Origin: an uncultured Planctomycetota bacterium
GTDB taxonomy: Bacteria; Planctomycetota; Planctomycetia; Isosphaerales; Isosphaeraceae
Length of the DNA: 64,000 bases
Assembly (NCBI GenBank): GCA_963845755.1
Contig: CAWJTV010000011.1
Span: 928,001-992,000, forward strand
Direction: 5' to 3'
In this document: positions 20,901-30,991 of the stretch, piece by piece
Layout of the letters: every line of letters begins with the position of its first letter
Numbering within the stretch: the first letter of the stretch is position 1
Notes under the pieces: generated by a model
Databases searched by the model: none
What the model was told of the DNA's origin: nothing
What the model saw: the letters and a program-made list of their open reading frames with translations, nothing else
Program-made: the position numbers and the translations under genes

Positions 20901-21479
20901 CTCGCCAAGGTCGAAGACGGCCCGGGGATCCGGCCCGCGCCGGCCGTCGCGCTGGCCCGGCTGTTGCCGCTGGCGGTCCGGATCGACCCCGACCGGGCGC
21001 CGGATCTCTTGTGGCTCGCCTTGTCGCGACGCCAGCCGCTGACGGCCCTCCCCGAGTCGATGCCCGGCGTGAACCACCCGGTCCGCCAGCACTACCTCGA
21101 CCTGGCCGAGGTGGCGGCCCTGGTTGCGCGCTACGACCACTCGGCGGCCGAGGCCGTCTTCGCGCCGGTGGCCGACCGGCTCCTGGAACTCCTCGACGAG
21201 CTCCAGGGACTGGGAATCGAGGGCCCCACGATCTTCCGGGCCGCGGGGGCGTTCGACGCCCGGCTCGCCAGGACATTGCTCGATGCCTTGCCCGAAGACC
21301 CGGAGCGACCGGCCAGCCCGCCGACCGGCCGACCGCCCGGCTGGCCCAATTTCCGCCATCACACCAAGGCCCAGGCCCGGATCGCCCTGGCCAGGATCCT
21401 CGCCCTGCCCCCGGGGCTGCGCCTCCGCGAGCTGTTCCCGCCAGATCGCTACGACTGGGTTGGAGATTTCGAGGATTGA
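17979..21479 (+). CDS. Large exported protein with repeated carboxypeptidase-regulatory-like domains and a helical C-terminus
   Basis: GGAGG before ATG 17979 and repeated GxVVDxxGxPVAGA...TDxxGRF units. Confidence 0.8.
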   Translation: MAPLLPVLWLAMGMTVPLNGTVVDSAGRPVAGATVWLGDTIATRPGPEVLATARTDDRGRFRLERADDLAGRGVMWSPTLWAYHPGSRVAFREFKGNVPGADEPVRLVLGPPASTALRVLQADGKPAQGARVRLVQANFKAPRPPDGMLDRLAATTNADGRATLDGFAPADIFSLDVTAPGQLVQCLPIDAESGTVALRPLGRLTARIVADNPKVLKGWTITAWSRPTEPGYRGPYRTHWVRETTGDDGRVAFPPIAQGAVDWEFKAPEGSNYLVAKLPSARIRPGETEAAEIPVIRAVRVEGTVVEEPGGAPIPGVTVDLDSLTHFNGRANRMVTDAQGRFSTLVQPSKVRFSFTFHNMPKTYFLPPQTPHWADFDIPQGAERQTFNPPRLRRAAQVRGRVVDESGKPAVAISVEGHWTSAEFGRNPNSIRAETDGRGEFVLGNIAPKAEVKLSASSGLVAESELVTVPTAGEGEPVTLRLRKKPTLALSGRVLGADGRPMPGALVRVKVRPPDQWPGEGSDFAFDGAEEVRTGRDGRYQTPAQLPIGYEYRVAAQAPGHEPGTSSWVVAPGTVVPDLRLRRSVGTRAVAGRVVDSGGKPVAGAEVFQSGDGPTTTRDTTGADGRFRVPGVPNAPAFLFVSKEGYHFLGRRVEPKDESVAFALRRLDEAPAAPLRSAASPVARNEERAIARALIAEAQKAPGGAHETPERMQIPEITALIDPDRVLEMIENQVLAAGPPLVSAMALARFEDDPGKALELLDAIDQPDTASVAALSLFDRLGAMASPEFRRELLERAARRPPISEDPGQAASQLARIADRWLDLGDADRGAALVRKAQALAERPRQQPFPDPRGDLALALARVDLPAALKLLEGPEPRGYSPQVIQTGIANRLATVNPGEARRIIGLLWEPGSASVRRGVCLRMAAKNLPAARALAAADRDSMVEALLPAVAARARAKSDPDGARALLREAVERLAKVEDGPGIRPAPAVALARLLPLAVRIDPDRAPDLLWLALSRRQPLTALPESMPGVNHPVRQHYLDLAEVAALVARYDHSAAEAVFAPVADRLLELLDELQGLGIEGPTIFRAAGAFDARLARTLLDALPEDPERPASPPTGRPPGWPNFRHHTKAQARIALARILALPPGLRLRELFPPDRYDWVGDFED

Positions 21480-21980
21480 TCGATCGATCGACGCGATGGG
21501 CCCAGGAGGGCGAGCTGTCGGAAGTTGCGCTTGTGATCTCGTTCTTGCGCTCCGGCATGCGTATACCGTGAACAGGGTGGGGCGTTCCCAATTTCGGAAT
21601 ACCCTGGTTAAATGGGTTCAGATAACCGTGCGACGTCTTCTTCTCAGGGAGTGCGACTGTCATGCTCCAGGCTGGGTCTGGTTTGTGGTCAACGGAGCGA
21701 GATGAGTTGGTGGAAGTCTCCTGTTAACGGTTCGACTTGTCCGCGAGGCATCCCCGGTTGCTCTGGGATACCATCATCCTGGCCGCGGGCGGAGTCCTCG
21801 AGGATCGATTCCACAACCAATCCTTCCCGGTCCACGATGATCCCGAAGTTGCTCGAAGACCTGGAGGGGAGTGGTTCGGTTCCCATGCCTTGAACTTGCC
21901 CTTGCCCGGGCCCGCTATGGGATGTGGAGGAGCACGCATCTACAGATAACATCGTGCCAGGCTCTTCAAGGAGCTTCGCC

Positions 21981-24353
21981 ATGCAACCTGCCGCGCAGAC
22001 GGCCCGCGGCCGTCGCTTCGTCCCGATCGTCATCCTCCTGCTGATCGCCGTGATGCCCTCTCCGGCCCGGTCCCAGGAGCCGGCGCCGGCGAGCGCCCCC
22101 GCCAGGCCGAGCCGTGGACCCCGCCGCGAACGAGCCTGCCGCGGTTCTTGGTTTCGGCGACTGCCACGCTCTTCGAGCAGGGGCTCGCCGATCCGCGCGG
22201 TTGCGAGTACCGGACGATTCAGATCCGGGTCGGGAGCGTCTGGGGGGGTCAGGCGCAGGAAGCCACCACGCACGGCTGGGTCTTGCCGGTCGCCGACGGC
22301 GCGAAGCCTCGTCACGCGATCGCCTGGAGCGGCCTGGTCTACCCGCTGGCCGGCTCCGGCGAGCCGGCCGACCTCGACGCCGACGTCCGAGCCATCGAAG
22401 ACACCACCGGCACCGCTCGGGCAGCCGGTGCCGCCAAGGGCCGGCCGGGTCGAGAGATGGGATTCCATGCGATTCGGGACCAACAACGAGGGATCCGCGG
22501 TCTCGGTCGCGACGCTCCATTCGATCAAGGTCTGCCTGCTCCTCCGGCTGGGAAGGGCCGACCTCGCCGAGGTGGTCTGGGCGGCGGGCACAGGGCTGCC
22601 GAAGGACCCGAAGCCGGCCGGTGCGCGGCCGAAGCTCGACTTGAACTCCTATGGTCTCTCCTACCTGAGCATCGCCCGGGACCTCGCCTGGTACCGCTTC
22701 GACCGGGCCATCTGCGCCCACATGCGAGGCGACGACCCGCTCGCCCTGGCCGACGTCCGGGCGCTCGACGCGCTGGCGCTGGCCGTCGATACCAAGGCCG
22801 AGGCGATGGGCTTTTCCCGGCCCGATCGGCAGGTCCCGCCCGGCGAGGTGGCGCCCTACATCGAATTCCTCAACCAGTTGCCCGAGTTCCGGGACGACCA
22901 GGAGCGGCGCGCGCGGGAGCGGGCCAACCCGCCGGCCCCGGTTCGGGGCGAGGGCCGGCCGGCCCGGGTCGCGAAGCTGATCCGCGACCTGGACCAGGTC
23001 GCCGCCCGCCAGTGGGGCCAGCCCGGGGGCGTGGTCCTGGGCGAGTCGCCGATCATCAAGGGCCTCATCGCCGAGGGAGACGCCGCCGTCGAGCCGCTGA
23101 TCCGCGCCTTCCGATTCGACGACCGCCTGACCCGCTCGGTCGGCTTCCATCGCGATTTCTTCCGGAACCGGCATATCCTGCGGGTCGACCAGGCTGTGCA
23201 CACCGCACTGACGGGCATCCTCAAGACCACGAACTTCGCCCCGCCGGACCCGAACCAGCCCGGCCGCGGGCCGATCAGCCGGGAAGAACTCGCCAATCAG
23301 ATCCAGGCCTACTGGGAAAAGAATCGGGCGATCCCGGTCGTCGAGCGCTGGTATCAGACCCTGGCCGACGACGAGGCCGGCGACGCGGCCTGGCTCGAAG
23401 CGGCGGGGAACATCCTCCAGCCCGAGAATATCCGGACCGTCCCCGGCGGCGGGCCGTTCGTTGTGACCGAGACGACCCCGGCGAAACCGGGGGAGCGGCC
23501 CCGGCTGCGGGGCGAGTCGCTCCGCGCGGACCACGAGCCGACCGTCGCGGCCCTGATGGCCCGGCGCGTCGAGTCGATGTTGAAGACTCCCGAGGGCCAG
23601 CGCTTCGAGCTGCTCGACCCGTGCCGGATGGGCGCGATGCTCGCGGCCTGGGACCCGGTTGCCGGCGCGCCGACGCTCCGCGAGCTGACCCGGATCTGCC
23701 GCGAGCGCTACGCTCGGCCCGATAACGGCCACGACTGGACCCACCAGAACCTCGCCGTCTCGATCGCCCGGTTCACCCTGGCCCTGGCCACGGCCGGCGA
23801 CGCCAAGGCCATCCGGGAATATGCCGAATGGGTCCGAACGACCTCGCCCGACTGGCTCGATCGGAACGCCCTGGCGGTCCTGGAGCCGTTCTACCGACGG
23901 CCCGACGACCCCACGCTCGCCGCCACCGCCGCCTGGCTCTTCGGCGACAAGCGATCCCCCTGGGTCCCGCTGATCGGCCGCAAGGGGGTGCGGCTGACTT
24001 ACCACGTCGCGGAGCTGATCGCCTCGCCGATGGTCGAGGTCCCCGCATTTCGCAAGATGCTCCTCGCGGCCCTCGACGACCGCTCGCCCGCCGGGACGGC
24101 CAAGATCGGTGACAACGAGTCCGTGAGCGTCGAGATCGAAGGGGGCTTCTCGATCGGCCGCACCGCACCCAAGGACGACCGCGACCCGCCGGCCCAGGGG
24201 ACCGAGGTTTCCATCCGGATGTGCGACTTCTACGCCTGGCAGCTCGCGACGCTCCAAGGCGCTCCTACCTTCAACCCCTGCTGGCCCGAGTCGCGACGCG
24301 ACGCCGGCGTGGCCGCGATCGCGGCGTTCCTCAGGCGCAAGGGAGTACGTTAA
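21981..24353 (+). CDS. Exported hypothetical protein (compensating frameshifts around 22130-22430)
   Basis: AAGGAG before ATG and a signal peptide. The coding-like segment ATLFEQGLADPRGCEYR lies in the alternative frame. Confidence 0.65.
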   Translation: MQPAAQTARGRRFVPIVILLLIAVMPSPARSQEPAPASAPARPSRGPRRERACRGSWFRRLPRSSSRGSPIRAVASTGRFRSGSGASGGVRRRKPPRTAGSCRSPTARSLVTRSPGAAWSTRWPAPASRPTSTPTSEPSKTPPAPLGQPVPPRAGRVERWDSMRFGTNNEGSAVSVATLHSIKVCLLLRLGRADLAEVVWAAGTGLPKDPKPAGARPKLDLNSYGLSYLSIARDLAWYRFDRAICAHMRGDDPLALADVRALDALALAVDTKAEAMGFSRPDRQVPPGEVAPYIEFLNQLPEFRDDQERRARERANPPAPVRGEGRPARVAKLIRDLDQVAARQWGQPGGVVLGESPIIKGLIAEGDAAVEPLIRAFRFDDRLTRSVGFHRDFFRNRHILRVDQAVHTALTGILKTTNFAPPDPNQPGRGPISREELANQIQAYWEKNRAIPVVERWYQTLADDEAGDAAWLEAAGNILQPENIRTVPGGGPFVVTETTPAKPGERPRLRGESLRADHEPTVAALMARRVESMLKTPEGQRFELLDPCRMGAMLAAWDPVAGAPTLRELTRICRERYARPDNGHDWTHQNLAVSIARFTLALATAGDAKAIREYAEWVRTTSPDWLDRNALAVLEPFYRRPDDPTLAATAAWLFGDKRSPWVPLIGRKGVRLTYHVAELIASPMVEVPAFRKMLLAALDDRSPAGTAKIGDNESVSVEIEGGFSIGRTAPKDDRDPPAQGTEVSIRMCDFYAWQLATLQGAPTFNPCWPESRRDAGVAAIAAFLRRKGVR

Positions 24354-24439
24354 GAGCGGATCCAGGATCATCGTGGCGCGCGATCCAACCGTCCGGCGCT
24401 CTCGATTCTTCCGCCCTGCGGGGTTTCGGGAACAGACTT

Positions 24440-24676
24440 TCAGAGGCGGTCAGCCTCCTCGGCCGGGACGTCGGGCACCCTGGCCAGGACGCGATCGAAC
24501 GCGCCCCGATCGCCGCGAGCGGCGCGCTCTTCCAGGTACTCGGCGGTCATCAACGCCGAGAGCTTCTCGGCCACCGCGGTCGTGATGAACTGGTTGATCG
24601 AGATGCCCTCCCGCTCCGCGGTCCGCTTCAACTCCTTGTGCAACGATTCCGGCAGTCGTAGGCTCAACGTGCTCAT
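24440..24676 (-). CDS. Ribbon-helix-helix/HicB-like antitoxin
   Basis: MSTLSLRLPESLHKELKRTAEREGISINQFI. Start overlaps the stop of the PIN gene. Confidence 0.85.
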   Translation of the reverse strand: MSTLSLRLPESLHKELKRTAEREGISINQFITTAVAEKLSALMTAEYLEERAARGDRGAFDRVLARVPDVPAEEADRL

Positions 24677-25101
24677 CGGGTCTCTCCGATCCGGGTCAGG
24701 AACTCGCGGGGTGTCATGATCCAAAGGCCGAATCGCTCGACCCCCGCAAAATCCTTGGCGTTGAACGTGACAATCCCCTCACAATGCGCGGCGACAGCCA
24801 GCTCGAGCACGAGGTCATCCTTCGAATCCGGAAGCCACGGGCGCCAAAGATAATAGATCCGTTGCCGCTGACCCACTGCGCAAATGTAGTCGATCACGGC
24901 GTCGATTTCCGTCTGATCGAAACCCACGATCTTGACATGCCGCATCAGCACATCTTCGTATTCGAGCATGAGCGGAACCGATATCGCGATCTCGAAGCTC
25001 TCGGTGCCCAGTAATTGGATCAGGCGAAACAATGCCCTCTGGCGTGACCGCAAACCGGCCTCGAGCACATTCGTGTCCAGGACGATCCTTGGTGTGTCCA
25101 T
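24673..25101 (-). CDS. PIN-domain toxin (VapC-like)
   Basis: IVLDTNVL...LEYEDVL...DSKDDLVLELAV...IVTFNAKDF acidic PIN motifs. Confidence 0.88.
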   Translation of the reverse strand: MDTPRIVLDTNVLEAGLRSRQRALFRLIQLLGTESFEIAISVPLMLEYEDVLMRHVKIVGFDQTEIDAVIDYICAVGQRQRIYYLWRPWLPDSKDDLVLELAVAAHCEGIVTFNAKDFAGVERFGLWIMTPREFLTRIGETR

Positions 25102-25151
25102 CGCGGTATTATAGAGTCTTCCTCCGTAGGCTCCCTGCCGCGTGCCGCACC

Positions 25152-25267
25152 TCTGGGGATTCCGAATTCCGGATTCGGGATTCCGGATTCCCGGATCATT
25201 CCCCTTCGGGAATCCGGAATCGCGAATCGGGAATCCCGATTGGGTTGCGGCCGAAGGTCGCGTTAGG
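25152..25267. repeat. Heptamer-built palindromic repeat, copy 1
   Basis: (GGATTCS)n, central TTCCCCTTCGGGAA, (GAATCSS)n, then GGGTTGCGGC...CGCGTTAGG. Near-identical to 29701-29814. Confidence 0.8.
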
Positions 25268-25539
25268 CGATACCAAGAAAGGAACAAGCCGCCTTGCGCT
25301 CGGGTCGGTCCGATCCGGACGATGGATCTCGGAGACGACCGCGCCAACGCCGAGCCACCGGCGGCATTCGGCGCGGTGCCTGGACGTTGTCGGCGACCGT
25401 CGTGTTCGGTTTCCTCCGGCCCCGCCCTTGCCGTAGAATGGACCCGACGCGGCGCTGATCCGTTCGCCGCCGAACGGCCGGCGACCCGGCAGGGGTCGCG
25501 GCGTCGGCCGACTGCCGCGTCGGAAGGCCCTGGCTCGCC

Positions 25540-26493
25540 ATGCCGAAACAACGCATCTTCATCAGCGCCACGACTCGCGACCTGGGAAGCTATCGCGAGC
25601 TTGCCGGCAAGACCCTGCGCGAGCGCGGCTATGTCGTGGATGATCAGGCCGTCTTCAACCTGACGTATCAACAAATCGGCGAGAAGCTCAAGCACCGGAT
25701 CGCCGGTGACCTGGGAGACGGCCCTCGCCCAGTTGACGGAGCCGGAGCGACGCTTGCTCGAAGTGCTCTCCTGGCTGGCTCCGGGGCCGATCCCAATCTT
25801 TTTCTTCGACGCCAAGCCGTTGACGGAGGCCATCCCCGATCCCCGTGAGGCGCTGGCGGGACTGGCGGGCTATTCGCTGGCCTGGTTCGATGCCTCGGGC
25901 GATGCGGTTGTGGTCCACCGACTGGTGCAGGGGATCACCCGCGGTCGCATCCCCAAGGCCGACCGCACCGCGAGCCTGCAAGTCGCCCTGGACGCGGTGA
26001 ATGACGCGGCCCCGCACGAGAGCTGGGATGTCCGCACCTGGGAGTCTGGACGCCCTTGGCGGCGCATGCGGAGGCGGTCAGCCGGAACACCGACGATGCC
26101 AGCATCACCGAGCCGACGGCCTGGTTGGCGAATCAACTGGGTTTGTACTGGTATGCCCGCGGCCAGTTCCGCGTCGCCGAGCCGCTCATGCGCCGGGCGC
26201 TGGCGATCAATGAGGGGAGACATGGCCCGGACCACCCCGAAGTCGCCAGCCGGGTCCGCAACCTGGCGCAGTTGCTCTACGTCACCAGCCGCTTGTCCGA
26301 GGCCGAGCCGCTGATGCTCCAGGTCGTGCGGATCCGCATCGAGTACCAGCGCCGGACGGGGCACGAAGACCCGAACCTCCGCGTCGGCGTGGACAATTAC
26401 GTTGGCCTTCTGCGAGCGATGGCGAGGACCAAGAAGCAGATCCAGCACCAGTTGCGCGAGCTGGACGAGTCCCTGGGTTCGGAAGGCTCTTGA
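25540..26493 (+). pseudogene. Internally deleted DUF4062 - (NB-ARC) - TPR gene
   Basis: RIFISATTRDLGSYR (DUF4062-like start) joins near 25705 to TWETALAQL...LSWLAPGPIP...VHRLVQ, then the TPR AEPLMRRALAI...GPDHPEVA. No P-loop is present. Confidence 0.65.
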
Positions 26494-26713
26494 CCCCGCG
26501 CACGTTCCGGGCATTCCGCTGGTCAGTCCGCATCCGCCCAGGCGAAGGAAACGCGCTCCCGGCCGCCCGCGCCGGCATGAGGCCCGCTCGCGCGCGAGTC
26601 TTCGGCCCATGTCTCGAAAGCCACGCTCGAAGATTCGGGTGACAGGCACGCGATACGGACGGAAGTCTCTGTTGGTAAGGGGTTTGCGTCGTGTCAACCC
26701 GGGTCGGTCGTGG

Positions 26714-26742
26714 TTGCGTAAAGGGCCGGGTTTCGGTATAAT
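26714..26742 (+). promoter_or_regulatory. Sigma70-type promoter upstream of gyrA
   Basis: TTGCGT, 17-bp spacer, TATAAT. Confidence 0.65.
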
Positions 26743-26837
26743 GAATGATCCGAATCATCCGGCCGCGCGCGGCGAGCTAAGCCGGGTGTCCTGCCTCCCC
26801 TTGATGGGGCTCAGAGGCGATCTCCGTTTGTCGATTC

Positions 26838-26902
26838 GTCGGGTGGGTGCAACCCACCAAATTTATGCGATCAAGAAGTTCGGTGGGTTGCACCCATCCT
26901 AC
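26838..26902. repeat. REP doublet in the gyrA leader
   Basis: GTCGGGTGGGTGCAACCCACC ... GGTGGGTTGCACCCATCCTAC. Confidence 0.7.
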
Positions 26903-26979
26903 TGGGACTAAAGGCTGAGTCAGAACCCGGTTGGTCTTTGAATGAGCCTTCAGCCTTCCGACAGAGGGACCGATTGACT

Positions 26980-29663
26980 GTGACTACTGCCGTTGTACCT
27001 CCCGCCCCACCCCTGCCGCCCCAGCCGCTGGACATCGAGGAAGAGCTCAAGGAGAGTTACCTCAATTATGCGATGTCGGTGATCATCAGCCGTGGCGCTG
27101 CCCGACGTCCGCGACGGGCTCAAGCCGTCGCAGCGGCGGATCCTGGTGGCGATGCGCGACCTGGGCCTGGTGCCCGGCGGGTCCACCAGCAAGTGTGCGG
27201 GGCCAGTCGCCGAGACGATGAAGCGATATCACCCGCACGGCGACGCCTCGATCTACCCGACCCTGGTCCGCATGGCGCAGTGGTGGAACATGCGCCACCT
27301 GCTGATCACCGGGCAGGGAAACTTCGGGTCGATCCACGGCTTGCCCCCGGCGGCCTTCCGTTATACCGAGTGCAAGCTCAGCCCGGTCGGCGCCGAGATG
27401 CTCGAGGACCTGACCCTCGACACGGTCGACTTCCAGCCGAACTATGACGGCAAGTATGAGGAGCCCCGGGTCCTGCCCGGCAAGTTCCCCAACCTGCTGG
27501 TCAACGGCTCGGGGGGCATCGCCGTGGGGATGGCCACCTCGATCCCACCCCACAACCTCGGCGAGGTCTGCGATGCCCTGATCGCCTACATCGACGACCC
27601 AACGATCGAGCTCGACGAGTTGATGGAGATCATCCCTGGCCCGGACTTCCCCACCGGCGCGACGATCTGCAACAAGTTCGGCCTGCGCGAGGCGTATCGC
27701 ACCGGGCGAGGACGCGTGATCATCCGGGCCAAGTACGAGATCGAAGAGCTCAAGGACGGCCGCGCCCAGATCGCCTTCACCGAGATCCCCTACCAGCTCA
27801 CCAAGGAGATCCTGCTCAAGAAGCTGGCCGATCTGGTCAACGGCGGCCGGATCACCGGCGTATCCAACATCGACGACTTCAGCGACCGCAAGCAGCCGGT
27901 GCGGCGTGGTCGTCACCGTCAAGAAGGGCGAGGACCCGAACGTCGTCGTCAATCAGCTCTTCGAGTACTCGCCGCTCCAGGACACCTTCAGCGTGATCAT
28001 GCTGGCCCTGGTCGACGGCCGGCCCAAGACCCTGCCGCTGAAGGACCTGCTGCGGCTCTACGTCGAGCACCGCGTCAACGTGATCCGGCGTCGGACCCAG
28101 TATCAACTCCGCCAGGCCCGGCAGCGCGCCCACATCGTCGAGGGCCTCTTGATCGCGCTGGCCTACATCGACGAGATCATCCGCGTGATCCGCTCGTCGG
28201 CCAATCCGCCCGAAGCCCGTACCCGGCTGATGGGCATCGCCGTCTCGGCCGAGATCCTCCGCCGCGCCCTCGACGATCCCGAGGCCAAGGAGGCGGCGAG
28301 CCTGACCCGCATGCAGGCCGACGCCATCCTCGCCATGCAGCTCCAGCGCCTCACCGGCCTCGAGGCCGACAAGCTGGCCCAGGAGTACATCGGGCTCAAG
28401 GCCGACATCGCCGGCTACGAACGCATCCTGGCCGACGAGGCCGTGATCCTCGAGATGATCCGCGCCGACCTCCGCGAGATGAAGCACAAGTACGCCGACC
28501 CGCGCCGGAGCATGATCGCCGACGAGGAGGTCGGCGACTACGACAAGGAGGCGCTGATCCGCGAGGAATACATGGTCGTGACCGTCACGCACGACGGCTA
28601 CATCAAGCGGCTGCCGCCCAGCACCTACCGCGCCCAGGGCAGGGGGGGCCGCGGCATCGCCGCGACCAACACCAAGGAAGGCGACTTCCTCGAGCATATG
28701 TTCGTCGCCCTGACGCACGACTACATCCTGTTCTTCACCGACAAGGGGAAGGTCTACTGGATCAAGGTTTATGACCTGCCGCTGGCGACGCGGACCGCCG
28801 GGGGCCGGGCCATCGTCAACCTCCTGCAACTGGGCGACGGCGAGCGGATCACCGGGATGATCCCGGTCCGCCAGTTCCACGAGGATGAGTGCCTGTTCAT
28901 GGTCACGCGGCGGGGCACGGTCAAGAAGACCGAGCTGACGGCGTTCAAGCGGCCGCTCGGGCGCGGGATCATCGCGCTGGGACTCGATGAGAACGACGAG
29001 CTCATCGGCGTGGCGCGCACCAAGGCCGGCGATCACGTGATCCTGAGCACCCGGGACGGCATGGCGATCCGGTTCGATGAGTCGCGGGCCCGTGCGATGG
29101 GCCGGCAGGCCTATGGCGTCAAGGGGATCGACCTGGCCGAGGGGGACGAGGTCGTCGGCATGATCGTGGCCGTCGGCGATGAGGACCCGGCCAGCATCCT
29201 GACCGTCTGCGCCAAGGGCTACGGCAAGCGGACCCTCCTGACCGAGTACCGCACCCAGAACCGCGGCGGCAAGGGCCTCATCGACATCCAGACCTCCGAG
29301 CGCAACGGGCCGGTCGTCGTCGTGTCCAAGGTCACCGAAAACGACGAGATCATGCTCACCACCAGCGGCGGCCTGGTCATCCGGACGCGCGTGGACACCA
29401 TCCGCACCATCGGCCGCAATACCCTGGGCGTCCGGCTGATCAAGCTCGACGACGGCGATACCGTCAGCAGTCTCGCCAAGCTGCCCGAGGTCGAGCTCGC
29501 CGACGCCGGAGCCGAGGTCATCGACGAGGGCGACGTCGACGAGGGCCAGCTCGACGGTCTCCACGAGCCCCACATCATCGATGACGGCGTAGCCGAGGCC
29601 GAGGCCAGCGACCACCTCGATGAGACCCAGGACGAAGACGGTTCGGCGCTCGGGAGTGAGTAG
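26980..29663 (+). CDS. gyrA: DNA gyrase subunit A (two apparent single-base insertions near 27092 and 27903)
   Basis: [37 protein letters not shown] (catalytic Tyr), GyrA box QGRGGRG, pinwheel repeats and acidic tail. Start codon inferred. Confidence 0.93.
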
Positions 29664-29700
29664 GGATCTTCCTCCGTCAGATCGCCGCGCCGTGCGCGCA

Positions 29701-29814
29701 TCTGGGGATTCCGAATTCCGGATTCGAGATTCCCGATTCCGGAATCATTCCCCTTCGGGAATCCGGAATCTCGAATCGGGAATCCCGATTGGGTTGCGGC
29801 ACGTCCGCGTTAGG
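29701..29814. repeat. Heptamer-built palindromic repeat, copy 2
   Basis: Same structure as 25152-25267. Bracketed by the direct repeat AGATCGCCGCGCCGTGCGCGCATCT (29679-29703 and 29816-29840). Confidence 0.8.
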
Positions 29815-29855
29815 AAGATCGCCGCGCCGTGCGCGCATCTTGCTGCGGTTTTTCG

Positions 29856-29920
29856 GTGGTCACGCTTTCCAGCCTGACCCGCCTGGCGTTGTCATGGTCA
29901 GGCTGGAAAGCCTGACCTAC
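29856..29920. repeat. GTAG-type REP doublet
   Basis: GGTCACGCTTTCCAGCCTGAC ... GTCAGGCTGGAAAGCCTGACCTAC, same family as 3510-3569. Confidence 0.75.
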
Positions 29921-29923
29921 GAA

Positions 29924-30597
29924 TCAAGAGGCTCGTGCCGTCCGGCGCCCCTGGCGGAAGGCCAGATAAGGGAGGAGAGAACCACCAGCCAGCATCAAGA
30001 TCATCGAGGACGGTTCGGGGATGCTCGTGGGCTGGATGGGATTGAAGATGATCCCCGAGGTCAACGTCACGGAACCGGTGTTGGTCGTGGGTGGCCCATT
30101 GGGATCCGAGGTCGAATGCGACTTACCCACGTAGATGACGTCCGTCGTCGGATTCGTGCCACTGGGTGTATCCACGTTGCCAAAGACGGTGAAATAGCCC
30201 AGGAACAGGTCGGACGCGGAGTTATCGACGATTGGCGACGAGGAACTGTTGATCCAGGTGACATCGGATGCCGTCGGGTTGGTGCCAACCTGGGTGATGC
30301 TGGAGACGAACGGACCGTACTGAGGTGGGGAGAGCACGGATCCCCCCGGTTGCGACGTACCCGCGCCGGAGCGATCCCAATAAGGTCCTGGGCTTGAATC
30401 GAATCGCCGACCTTGAGGATGGTGCCGGGTGTCAGGTAAACCAGGAATTGATAGTCAAAAAACGGGTCACCGACCCCCTGGACGCCACCCGTCTTGATAA
30501 CGACGGCCCCCGCCTGGGCCTCGCTCCCGCCGGCGATCATCGCCATGAGCGCGGTCGCACCTACCCAGAGGGACATACGTTGAGTTGATCGGTTCAT
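29924..30597 (-). CDS. PEP-CTERM sorting domain protein (frameshifted around 30340-30390)
   Basis: Signal peptide ending AQA-G and C-terminal IPEPSSMILMLAGG...RQGRR. Confidence 0.8.
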
Positions 30598-30991
30598 GTT
30601 GCACCCCACCTTAGCACACCCAAAGGATTAATAATCCTGGGAGACCGCATGCTCCACCGGGGGGTATCCACCGGAAGTCTGCCGCCGTCCAGGTCCCCTG
30701 AGAGCCGCACGAAATAGCACCGATCTCACTTCGAAAATCCGCCGTGGACTTACGAACCGTTATTGCATCGATAGGAGATCGTAACCGGACTGATTGAGTA
30801 AACGCAAGGATGTATCGCCCTCTGTTGAAAAAAGGGAACAAGCCCCGGCCCAGCAAGCCGAGGGGAGGGTTGTGCTTGCAGCCGGGATGGGACGAGCCGG
30901 GGCCGCCGGTCGTTGATGCGAAAACCAGATTTTTTGTGCGTCTTGGAACGGAGATCGGAATCCCGAACTGCTGACTGTGCCGTCCGAAGTC

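Noticed and set aside
1216..24371. Many long antisense and alternative-frame ORFs (for example 4874-6859 and 21966-24371 on the minus strand)
   Set aside because: Shadow ORFs expected from high GC and repetitive coding on the other strand; no recognisable motifs.
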